A stretch of DNA of 34,623 nt, taken from NCBI GenBank assembly GCA_051941275.1, contig JAVEBF010000071.1, positions 1-34,623 of the forward strand, written 5' to 3'. The notes below the pieces were generated by a model. The model was not told the origin of the DNA, did no database searches, and worked only from the letters and a program-made list of their open reading frames with translations. A program made the position numbers and the translations under genes. This stretch comes from Dirinaria sp. TL-2023a. Its lineage: Eukaryota. The stretch's first letter is position 1. The number at the start of each line of letters is the position of its first letter. This document shows positions 9,679 to 21,300 of the stretch, piece by piece.

Positions 9679-11639
9679 TCAGTCGGTGCCTTTGTCGACG
9701 TTTCCCCACTGATATCCTGCCGGATCGCTGAACTTGTAGCCATACGACGAGGTAAAATCGTCGAGCACAGCTGGACCTCGGGAGCCTGATTCGTATCTGT
9801 AAGCTTGCCGCTCAAATTCGATCAAGGATGAATTTCGTAAGCCGTGAACGCTTACCGTATGGATACTCCATGGGCGTGATCTCCTTGTTATTGTCTAAGT
9901 AATGCAACAACGGAGTGAAAATCCTCCAACTGGCATCAAGCTCGTCGTCACGAACGAAGTTGGAGTGGTCGCCCTTGAGAGCGTCAAGGATCAGCGACTC
10001 GTATGCTTCCGGGATCTTGAGATCGGAGAAGCGGCGGCGGTAGGTCAGGTCCAGTTCGGTTACGACCGTCTGCATGCTCAGACCGGGCAGCTTTGAGTTC
10101 ATTTTGATGTAGACAGATTCGTTGGGTTGCACGCGGATGACGAGTTCATTGCGGGGAATGTCTTTGAAGATCCCAGAGGTTACGTCCCGGAATTGGATAC
10201 GTACTTCGGTCTTCTGCTCGTTGAGTGCTGCGAAGAATTAGTGCCTCCAATTCGCTGAACCAGCATATGCTGGATTCAAAAGCTCCTACCTTTACCCGCC
10301 TTCAATATGAAGGGCACTCCGTCCCATCTCTCGTTTTTTATGTAAGCGACCATCGCGCAGAATGTGGGGCATCTTGAATCTTTGGGTACGGTATCGTCCT
10401 CTTTGTATGCAGGCTTGTTGCCATCCAGTGACTTGCCATACTGCCCGATAATGACGTTCTTTGGCTCTATAGCCGGGATCCCACGGAGGACTCGGACTTT
10501 CTCGTCACGAATATCCTCTGAAGAGAAGGAGATGGGCCGCTCCATAGCTAGAAGCGTAAGAACTTGTAACAGATGGTTTTGCATAACATCACGAACGATG
10601 CCAAATTCGTCGAAGTAGCCTCCTCTGCCTTCGGTGCCAAAAGGTTCTTTGAACGAGATCTGAACATTGTCGATGTGATTTCGGTTCCATGTGGCACCAA
10701 AGAACTCATTTCCAAATCGTAAGATGAGAATGTTCTTCACCATTTCCTTTCCCAAGTAGTGGTCAATTCGGAAGATCTCCTCCTCTTTCCAGTCGGGTTC
10801 CAACGCTCGTTGCAGTTCCCTGGAGCTGCCTAAGTCTTTGCCAAACGGTTTCTCGACAATGATTCGGGAAATCCCGTTCTTCGGATAGCAATTCTTCTTC
10901 AAATGTTGCGACACCGTTATGAACACGCTGGGCGGTAGTGCCATGTAGAAGACCCGGTTCTGCTCCTTTCTCCCGTGCTCAATCTCTTCTAGATGCTTAT
11001 TCAAGGTAATGAACGAATCGTCTTGATCGTACTGTCCCGAAACATAGGTACACAGGTTGCAAAAGTCTTCTAACTGTTCTTCCATCGCTTTCGTGGGTAC
11101 TTTGATATATGACTTGACACGTCTGAGGTACTCCTCATGGTCCATTTTCGTTCGCGCATATCCAACAATCTTGATATCTTTGGGCAAAAATTGATTTCGG
11201 TGCTATGGATCAATCAACCTGAGGAAACAACGGTCAAAGCCCCAACGTCACCTACAAGGCCGAAAAGAGCCGGGAACTGCATTGTTCTTTTAGTAGTGCA
11301 CGGGTTTCGGAGAGTAAAGAGGGCTCTCATACCGTTTTCTTCTTTGCAAGATCGCCTGAAGCGCCGAGAACGACAATTATCGTATTATCTTTTAACTCAA
11401 CTGTACTGAAAAGGCAAGATGGAAAGTCAGTATACCAAAATTGACAGCGCTGAGTGAAAGAGGCAAATCTTGAAGCTATCATAGCATTTGCCATGTGCTG
11501 TAGATTAGTTCCGCATGCTGAGCGGCCGTACTTATTTGGTGCCGCAGTCAAATCGCTCAATGATTGTTTTGTGAGGGAATGCTCTTTGGACTTACCCAAT
11601 GTTCTCAGGCTCATCCGGGTGAATTACAGTTTCAGCCAT
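9679..11639 (-). CDS. gsdA: Glucose-6-phosphate 1-dehydrogenase (Zwf1/GsdA)
   Basis: Exons 11639-11596, 11405-11333, 11276-11256 (21 nt), 11202-10290, 10227-9856, 9785-9679. Motifs VLGASGDLAKKKT|FPALFGL, IVEKPFG, RIDHYLGKE, RDVMQNHLLQ, ERWDGVPFILKAGK|ALNE, YPYG|SRGP. Confidence 0.97.
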
Positions 11640-13604
11640 GGCTGTCGGGGCTTGTGGAAATTGGCTGCTGCGATCCTGTTGCTTGCTGAACCGAACAACC
11701 TGAAAAGGGCAGGAAATCAGTAGCGTTTAAAGCCGTCTGGGTCACCGAGGTGTTTCAGCATCTGTCACTGCTTGAAGCGGCCCAAACTTCCCCAAGGCTT
11801 CTGATAGCCGTCATCTTAGTAATCCCCGGTCTAAAACGCTTACTTCCGGCTATTTGGTCTAGGTACCCGGCCCGACCACGTCATATGTTGAACATGAACC
11901 CTTGGCTTCACTCCCATTTCGAGTCGCCTAAGGTAAGGTTCTTCCATGCATTAATAATTAAGGTATGCCTAATTGGTGACAATGTAATGATCCAAGGCAC
12001 ATGTAAAGTACCTTAGGTACATGTACGTGGACCTTAGATCCATAGCCCGATGGAGGCGTCTACCACGATATCGACAGGCACTCAAGCTCATCAACTGTTG
12101 CGTCACTTTTCATTTTCGCGGGGTGTAACTGGGTGGTGTGGCGATTTCAATGCGTTGTCTACATCCCTTCCATTCATCCTGCGTCATTTCCGCACAGGTT
12201 TTTTTTAAACATCGAAAAACACCAACGAACCTAGCGAAAGCGAGCGTCTCATATGCATCCTCGACAATGGCGGATTACATTCATTGACGGCTCTATGAGG
12301 AGTTGCTGTCACCGACCGTCCCTGTGACAGCCACATGCCGCTAATCCTCTCTTTTGCTCTGCTCTTTCGGGGTAAGTCCCTGTGGGCAGGATTCCCGAAA
12401 ATATTTTGGGCCTTTCCTTACGTTAAACATCCTCGGGCTTCTCCCCTATAGTTCGGTAAAACATCCGGGTCGTACTTCTTAGTACGGTATTCCTTGTATG
12501 TGCACAAGATCCCGTTCGGCGCCAGATGATTCATGAACATCTGTCGAAAATAGCCTTGTCCGGCCGCACCATTCCACAGCTGTATCGGTCCATCGAAGCT
12601 GTGACTTAAGATAGCGTTTCTATATGTCCCACATGGCCATTGGGTACATTTGTGGAGGCTAAAAGCCGTATCGATAATGAACTTTAGCAATGAAGGCACA
12701 GAGAACTTGTTAGCAGCTTACGGTTTCTACTGAGGCCTCGTAAGTAAACGCTAAAGCTATCATTGCTTGAGTATCAAACAAATGTTTGGTGCCAAATTGA
12801 TCCGGAAATTCGTTTGTCTGCCTGCAAAGAATTGGTTATTTATACAGTCTGTGCTAAGTCCTATCTAAAGCCTTCGGGGAAAGACGTTTGAGCTTGATGT
12901 AAAGACGAGTAGTAGAAATCAGGTTGTGGCAGCTGGATCAAAGAGCTCAGTCAGGCATTTTTCTGGCCGGCTAGTGAACGAGGCTTGGTGAACTATTCCT
13001 GTACAAACGTCAAGTGTCACATGCCTGGGCTTTATTCAACAATGAAACAATTGATGAAGACTACCATATGAGATTGATCATGGTGCAAACTAGAGACTCA
13101 AGGTTCATCGTCAATTCTGCAGATTCCTAAACCGAAGGATTGAGTGGGAAAGTACCATAAGTGTGCTGAGTAATGCTCGTTCTCAGTGTAGGTAGTGATC
13201 CAAATATCAGCTTCAAAACCTTGAGGTAGATGATGTTATATGTGACGCTACCAGAGACCAAGGTACATGTACTTTACCTTACATTGCATCTTTATTTTTG
13301 ATTCACGAAGTTAATATTGTCCAAAGGATCTCATGTCTAAGTAAGGTAGGTAGTCACAATCTAGGAACGCTCGGCCCGACTAGAGATGCCAGGCGCTAAG
13401 GTAAGGTAAGGTATCAGTGATTAGGTCTTGAGCCCTAATATTTCGCTCACTGCTTAATCGGGTTAGATCAAAGCACCAGGTCGCTTTCGCGTAGCGGTCA
13501 TACCTGATCATTCGGCCACTTCAGCAATACAAGTTTCGGTATTGAGGATTACCTTGAGCGCCATTCTCGACACATCCACGTACACTCGAGGCATCGTAGC
13601 CATC

Positions 13605-14341
13605 ATGCCCTCCGGCGCAGGCCATCGGTGTAAGTAATACACAGTCTCTAATAGATGTTGAGATGTCCGAATGATGAAAGCTTTTCCTACTAGACTTTTC
13701 ATTTTTTGTGACTACGCTAGGAAAGCGTCTTTCAGCTAACTTGGCTCGCAGTATATGTCAAGTGAGTCGCCGAGGTCCACGACTGTGGCTGTTGTCAAGC
13801 ACATAGCGCTCTGTATTGGCCCTAATAAAAATTGCTGGGCAGTAGGGGCTGACAGCTACGATTGGATACAGGGGCCGACATCTCAGTTATCAGCGAGGAA
13901 AGCGCAACACAAACCCTGGCACGAGGTGAAGAAGCAACAATGGCTCAAGCGAGCACGGTAGGCTGATCCGGTTGCTAGCTTAATAAAAATCGAGGGCGTA
14001 GATGATCCCAAAGCCGCCACGTGAGTTCACTCCCTAGCCGTCCTCCCTTGTTACGGCACTGACTTCTCACCCAGATTTTATCTTGGCAAGAAAGTCGCCT
14101 TTGTATACCGCGCACACCGAGAAGTCCGAGGAACGAAAATTCGTGTAATCTGGGGGAAAGTAACCAGGCCACACGGTACGTACAAGCAAAAGAGTCGGTC
14201 GGGATAACCTGCTATGTACCAAGGTCTGATTAATGGTGCATAGGCAATTCGGGCGTGGTACGAGCACAGTTCAGGAAGAACCTACCTCCAAAGTCGTTTG
14301 GAGCTTCGGTCAGGGTGATGCTGTATCCTTCATCAATTTAG
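13605..14341 (+). CDS. RPL33: 60S ribosomal protein eL33 (L33/L35A)
   Basis: Missed by the ORF track. Exons 13605-13629, 13752-13761, 13872-13925, 13979-14020, 14075-14175, 14244-14341 give [109 protein letters not shown]. Confidence 0.97.
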
Positions 14342-15020
14342 CAGAGCACTTTTCGTGAGCAAGCAATCAAAGGATCACGTGGCTGTGGATTACCATGGAG
14401 TCTACACTGTGAATTCATGGGAGACATTCAGACATAGGTAGGGTTCTGCATTATCGGATGCTCTAGCTATTTCAAATCATAGTTGAGATCACGGACCGCC
14501 ATCACTCGACCCGTGAAAGTGCCACGTTTCCGCCATTGAATCCCAAAGTACCTAGGCATGTATAGTAGATAAGGTAGTCTAGTCTACAGTATTCTTATTC
14601 GTTGCACAGTTTCCAACTTACAACAACCCTGACCTGATCACCGAGCAGGGCCACTTTCGGACTGCCAACAGTCCAGGTGGCTTTCACTGGCCACCAAAGG
14701 TAAGAGAATGAACCTTGGGTCATGCATAGAGGGAAAATTTCTAATTTGACCAAGTCCCGAAACCCTAGATAGAATCAGGGTTCAAGAAGCACGCAGGCTG
14801 AATCCCACATAGAAAGTGTATGAGGAGTTAAGCCCAAGTGTTGTTTACGCCTTGTGTTGTTGGCTTGTGTGCGCTCGGTACTTAGTCAATTTTGTTTGGT
14901 TTTCCCCCCCTCTATGCATGACCCAAGGTTCATTCTCTTACACAAGGTACTGTACGGCGAGCTGGTACTCGTCCCTTACTATACGACATGAAGGTACCCC
15001 AATTCCACCTTATGTAGGAG

Positions 15021-15100
15021 TACCTTACCATCTTACCATTGTATAAGGTACCTTAGGGTAGGTAAGGTAAGGTAGGTACTCCTTAGGTAGGTAACTTACC
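15021..15100. repeat. Cluster of TAAGG/TAGG/TACCTTA units upstream of the DUF2406 gene
   Basis: taccttaccatcttaccattgtataaggtaccttagggtaggtaaggtaaggtaggtactccttaggtaggtaacttacc. Confidence 0.75.
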
Positions 15101-15604
15101 GGGTACTGTGCTCCCTTTGCCTTTGCCTCAATGGGTGAGAAACTTCCCGGGTCTTGCTTTAGCGTGACGCTAACGGAAGCTTTGGTGGTGACGACTTGCC
15201 TGGCCCTAGCGTCCCCAGTTGTCCGCCTGCCAAGCGTGAATTTTCTCTTATCTGTCTGCCACACATGTATCTTACCCCAGCCTTCACCTCGCTCGCCTAC
15301 CCTCCAACCTGTGTCCATTCTTCAGTTCGGGTGTTATATTTGTTTGCAGTTTTTGTCTATGTCTTAATGGACTTTACGCTCGCTTGAGTGACTTAGCGAG
15401 CCTTCGGAAAAGAACAGAGTGACGTTTCATTTCGCAACCCACAGCCCCAACCGCCTGAACCAGTCGTTACTCCGATGCTGCATAGCCATTACCAGCACCC
15501 CGAATCCTCCGCCTTTACACTCGCTTCTGACACGCATACATAGAACGTCTGCTTCACCCGCAAGACACCCTACGGTCTCCTCCACCTGCAAAAAGCTGTC
15601 CACC

Positions 15605-17099
15605 ATGTCCAGATCACGTACCCGTTCGCTATTGGGCTTCAACAGCAAGAGATCGAGCCTTCTATTCGGGGGAGGAGACATACAGGAGTCTCATGAAGAG
15701 AAGGAAGCTCATAAAGTGCGTACCAAGGCGGATCCCACAAAAGCCGTCAATGAACCACAGCCCGGTGAGATTGCTGCGAAACATCGGCCCTGAGAGCATT
15801 GACTGACAGCTGAGTAGCTGCTTGGTCTTTTGAAAGATCTACAATAACACCACTACGTTCCATCGAGCACAAAGACGTGGATGGAAACCCCATTAGTATG
15901 AGATTCTGGGTTTCCATCGAAACAATGACAGCCGTGCTAACGGTTGCGTAGCTGATCCCGATGCATCAAACCCTACAAGGCGACGCCTTGAGCGCCCCCT
16001 GGACACCATTCGGTCATTTGAAGCAGCCATTGACAGTACCTACAACAGGAGGCCCATGTCTAGAGCCGGTAAGAATCAGTCAACTTTGGCTTTCAATTTC
16101 AGATGCCGAACAGGCGCTGACCGGAGCTAGCATCAGGCAACGCAGGGCCCCATGTCCGACATCACAGCTACAACCCAGGTATGAAGGGCTGATTCTTTGT
16201 CGTAAGACTGTGGTCATGAAAACATTATATTTCTTTTGATTTCCTAGAATCTCTTGTCCCAAATTTGTTGCAAGCTGTCAGGATTGCAAGTTATACGCGA
16301 GTAGAGTTTCTTTTTCTATGGCTTGCAGGCCGCGCGTTCCGTGCAAGACCCGAACGCAGCCGATCTCCCGCTTTTGCTTATCTCCGTCCATTACTTCACC
16401 GACCAATGTACTAAGGTGCCTTTGATTAACTGACACGAATCTTCTGAATTGGTAGGTCCAACTTATGCGCAACGTTCGCCGATCGATGTTCGAGGGCAGA
16501 ATGGCAATCGTATGAGTTCTAGACCGAGTAGCTACGTAGAGAACAATCATGGTCGCCGATTTGGTCAAGGCCATCGCATAGCCTCTGACCCAGCATTATA
16601 TGGCCAGAATAGCCAGGGCGTGTATCCCTCGCAGGGTTATCAACAATCCTACGACACAGTGGCCTCAGCGTCTGTCAATGGTAGCGGTGGAACGGACCCG
16701 TGGGGCAACTCAACAGATCCGAGTAGCGAGAACAGCTCTATCGATAGAGTCCAGCAGGCGCAAAAGCCAGATCTTAGTGAGCAGTATGGCTTCAGTGGCT
16801 TTGGGGGCGCTCCCCAGTATCAGGGTCCTATCTTGGAGGAGCATGGCCAAGACTCTCCAGGCTACGGTCAACCTGGGTATGGTCAGTCACATACCACTGC
16901 CGGGGGTGGGTTCCCATTCCAGGGCAATGATGTACCGCCGCCGCCGCCGCCGCCACATCAGTTGTCCCCAAAACAAAACACTCCCAGGACGCCAATTAAG
17001 CTTGGTGGCTCAGCGGTGCCAGCGCAGGCTTCGCCACCACCTCTAGCCAGTAGCGAGAAAAGAAGAAGCTGGCTCAAGAGGAGGTTCAGTAAAGGTTGA
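15605..17099 (+). CDS. DUF2406-family protein (fungal, uncharacterised) with low-complexity G/Q/P/Y tail
   Basis: Exons 15605-15764, 15818-15895, 15952-16068, 16131-16178, 16456-17099. Family-typical motifs KADPTKAVNEPQP, HKDVDGNPI|TDPDASNPTRRRLERPLDTIRSFEAAID. Basic tail KRRSWLKRRFSKG*. Confidence 0.85.
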
Positions 17100-17553
17100 T
17101 TGACAGCGTGCTCTGTGACACCTCGAGCTGCGAGAATGCGGACACATCTCCTTATACAAACAAATGCATGGTACGTACTGGGGGAGGGTTGCTCAAGTCT
17201 ACGAGCTGGTAATAAGTAATGAAGTACGCTATGCATTTTCGGTATCAGTGGCGTTTGGACCCCTGGCGTGGTCGCTGTGGGACTTGCTGCTCGTCCACGA
17301 AAGCGGATCTTTAGCGATCAGGTTAAGTAAGTACAAAGTTGCATATAATCAACGGTACGGGCATTTTTTGAAGACTATGCATTGCCTTAATGTGCAATCG
17401 ATCATTTCTGTCCCCTTTTTAAATCGGACTAAGCCTGAAGCACTCAATCCCATGAAATCATTGGGCACGGTAGCCGCGACTTTGCGCTTTTGTCTTTTCT
17501 TTTTCGAAGCGGTGGAGCTGTGGAGAGGAGTAGCTCAAAGCGTGGTCTCAATG

Positions 17554-18013
17554 TCAATCCCCCTTCTTTGCCTTCTCCGTGGTAGGTCTTGACTCGCCTT
17601 CGTCTTCATTCATAGCAACGACAACATATGCTATCAGCACAACATTGGCCATCACCGCCGCTGTAGCCCCCGCCCAGGTTGAGTTCCCTATGTCGAGCTT
17701 AGCCGAGGAGCCACATTTGGAAGGACAAAGTAATCCACCTCGAAAAAGCGTGTTTAGAGTCAGGAAATACGTGCCTATTGGACCTGCGACCATTGCTAGT
17801 GTAAAGCCTAGCAGTTTGTAGATCACAGCACTAGGTACAAGAAAGTCAGCATTCTATTCATATATGATCAAAGGCTGCAGGCTGGAAATAGGATCCTTAC
17901 GCAGGTACCGCAGGGGTAATGTTGCTCTTTTCTGAAGCACTGGGACTAAATTTCGTCTGATCATCCTTCTCAAGGAAGTTTTTCTCGTTTGAAACGATTC
18001 TCCGAGAGGTCAT
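17554..18013 (-). CDS. VMA21: V-ATPase assembly factor Vma21
   Basis: Exons 18013-17901, 17830-17739, 17687-17554. NITPAVPA|AVIYKLLGFTLAMVAGPIGTYFLT...GNSTWAGATAAVMANVVLIAYVVVAMNED; two TM helices; C-terminal KKxx ER-retrieval signal (KKGD*). Confidence 0.93.
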
Positions 18014-18376
18014 GATGGATAATGAGGTAGGGTACGAAGGGAAGACAGATATAAGGTATGGGTTGAGACACGAACGCGGAACGCCCTCCGCCGAACCGCG
18101 TAAAGTAGAGTAGCTTCAGGCTTAGCGTCATTCACGACTTCGCCAGCTTCAAAAATTCTGTGATCACAATCGTGCGTCCAGACAACATTCGTCTCAGAGC
18201 ACCATCTTCAACCTCTCAATAACAAGTATTGTAGGCTGAAAATGTTTCGTCTGGCATCGAACCTTCTCTTCTTGTGATCCACCAACACCATCTCGACATT
18301 GATTTCAATGTATAATTAGGGCATTCGAGCCTTCTTTGTGCCTCTTGCTCCAAGGAGAACGAGTTCCACGATAGCA

Positions 18377-21300
18377 ATGGACTTGATCGAGGAAACGCCA
18401 ACGAAGAGGAGAAGATTAGAGAATGGACATGCTGCTGAAGGTAGAGGCTACAATTCGCAAGACGACAGCGGTGATGATTTGTTCAAAGACCACGAAACTG
18501 TTGCTACTGTACCGCTTCCTGGCAGACTACTCACATCCACATCCACCGATCCGAACCCGCCGCATTCTTCCCCTCGAAATCATGTGACCCAACCTACCCA
18601 GATTATCGAGCAGAAGTCGCCGGTTAGCGGTCGGAAGCCTTCGATCATCCAGGTTGCGGCGTCTTCGCCCATTCCACCCTCCAGGGCTATTGCAACACCA
18701 AACGGTACTCCTAAATTAAGCCAGGGCGGAACGCTAGCCAGCGTTATGGCTCCTGCTGGGACCGCTTTCAGACTGCCTATGGGAGTTAAGAAACCTCCAG
18801 TCATAGATTTGAGTGATGATGAAGGTGCAATGTATCGAGGAGGGCCCTCTGATGAAGAACTCACGCAAGACCGTCGTGTCGACATCAAGCCGTCAACATT
18901 CGTGCACTCGACTCGGGATACTCAGCCAAAAGGGAGCATCAGCAGGTTTCGTGAGATCACAGCTGGTGCGTTCTACAAACCTCTCGAGAGTTCCAAAAAC
19001 CCAGGCCAGTCCTCGATTTTCAAAGGCTCTGTATATGACACGAGAAACCGTGATGAAAAGCAAAGCACATCCAGGCTTCCCACGACGGCGAAGCGTTCTG
19101 CAGACATAATGGCCAACGCATACGGTGGTGCCAGACGTGCTCCCAAATCTGTCCAGCAAACAGCCCCTGCAAAGGCCCAGCCTCCGAAGGACATATCGCT
19201 GGACGAGATCGGTGACTTCCAGTTACGGACCAAGGTAGGACGGGCGAGGACAGTCTTTCCAAGCCATTCGATCCTGCAATGTAAGGATGCACTACTAAAG
19301 AGGAAATGTAACTACGACGATGCGCTCGAACTTCTGAGTACTCAGGAGCCTCAGCATTTAGAAATAGACCTAACAACCTCAGATACGGAGGACATGTCGA
19401 CCACACCTGCAAAACAGAAACGAGATCAGCAAAAGGCTGTCAAGACCCCCATAAAATCAATCCAAGAGCGGTGGACCGCAACTCATTTTCAGCCCAAACA
19501 AAGTCAAATGCCAGTTTCTTCTTCTCCAGTGGAGCCTCCACCACCAAAACCGAGAAGACGGCTGGTGCAGGGCAGGAAACGGCTGAGCCCGCCTACTACC
19601 AAATCGGAAAACTCGGTACCTACAGCGCCATCTCCTTCAGTGCACCGACAAACTCCTGATTCGGATGCATCTGATTCAGCGTTGGGGTCTGAAGCTGAGG
19701 GAGATCCAGCCATCATGGAAGACAAGGTGCTGAATTTCTTTAATACTTGCTCTATTGCAGACCTGGAAGATATCGCAGCAATCACGACGGAAATAGCTGG
19801 CATTATTTTCGCTCAAAAGCCATTTGGATCACTAGCTGATATCAGGACAATATCTGACAACAAAGCCACAGCAGGATCGAAGAGAAAGGGATTGGCAAAA
19901 AAACCCATCGGTGACAAGGTTGTTGATAAGTGTATAGAGATGTGGACTGGGTACGACGCTGTTGATGATCTTGTTCGCCAATGTGACGCTTTAGGCCGAC
20001 CGATAGCTGAGGAAATGAAGAGATGGGGTATAAACGCATTTGGAGGCTCAAAGGATGGCGAGTTGGATCTTGTCGCTCTTGAGCGTCCTTCACCATGTCG
20101 CGATTCTGCCATTGGTACACCTACAACCATCGGACAACTTTCTGAAGAGGATGATGGGGAGATAAAGAGGGCAGTAACTGCGCTGAAGAAACCAGGTTCT
20201 TTGTCCCAACCTGCACTAATGGGTAAGGATGTTGTGCTCAAAGATTATCAAATTGTCGGGGTTAACTGGCTTTCTTTGCTGTTCGAGCAAAACTTGTCTG
20301 CCATACTTGCTGATGATATGGGCTTGGGCAAGACATGCCAAGTAATAGCTTTCTTGGCTCACTTGAAGGAGAAAGGTGTTAAAGGCCTACACTTGATCGT
20401 TGTACCTGCCTCTACTCTGGAGAACTGGCTTCGAGAGTTTTCGATCTTCTGTCCGGAGCTGAAGGTGATTCCATTCTATGCCGAGCTTAAAGAGAGAGAG
20501 GCAGTGCGCGAGAAGATACTAGAGAACGTGGAGTCTATCGATGCCATCGTAACGACCTATGGTATGGCGAAGATGAAGGATGAGACGAAGTTCCTGAGAA
20601 AGCTCTCCCCCGTTGTCTGCGTCTATGATGAAGGGCATATGTTGAAGAATAGCGAATCTAGAGCTTATGCACAGCTGATGAGGATCTCTGCGGATTTCCG
20701 TCTGTTGCTGACTGGAACGCCACTGCAAAATAATCTCCGTGAGCTTGTCTCACTGCTGGGCTTTATTCTTCCGTCCGTTTTTCGCAAACATAGCCAGGAT
20801 CTCTCCTACATATTTAGCCACAGAGCGAAAACAACCGACAACAACCACGCTGCTCTGCTTTCAGAACAACGTATTGCGCGGGCTAAGGCTATGATGACGC
20901 CTTTTGTTCTTCGCCGTAAGAAGCATCAAGTGCTCAAATACCTGCCTGCCAAGACTCGCCGGATCGAATACTGCGAGCTCACTTCATCACAGCTGGAGAT
21001 CTATGGAGCAGAAAAACAAAAGGCCCTGAAGGTCATCCAGAACCGCGCCGCCGGCATCAAAACCGGCAACGAGTCCTCAAATATCATGATGGCTCTTCGT
21101 AAAGCCTCGATTCATCCTCTGCTTTTTCGACGTCACTACACCGACGACATGCTTGCAAAGATGTCAAAAGATTGTATCAAGGAACCTCAGTTCGCGAAGA
21201 GCAATCCTAACCTTGTGTATGAAGACATGGAAGTAATGACAGATCATGAACTGCTTAACTTCTGCGAGCAGTACCCCAACACGATGAGCCCATTCCTGCT

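Noticed and set aside
11498..11596. Stwintron (intron nested in the donor) in G6PD intron 1
   Set aside because: Removing the internal segment leaves GCACAT, a poor donor, and a one-base-shifted external intron would break the reading frame.
12698..12716. ACAGAGAA...TTAGCA resembling the U6 snRNA core
   Set aside because: Spacing is wrong and the flanking U6 sequence is absent.
13672..13751. Box C-like ATGATGA in RPL33 intron 1
   Set aside because: No box D (CTGA) downstream within the intron.
18338..18376. GTG-initiated N-terminal extension of the Fun30 ORF given in the ORF track
   Set aside because: Eukaryotic gene; the first ATG at 18377 is in good context and nothing supports a non-AUG start.
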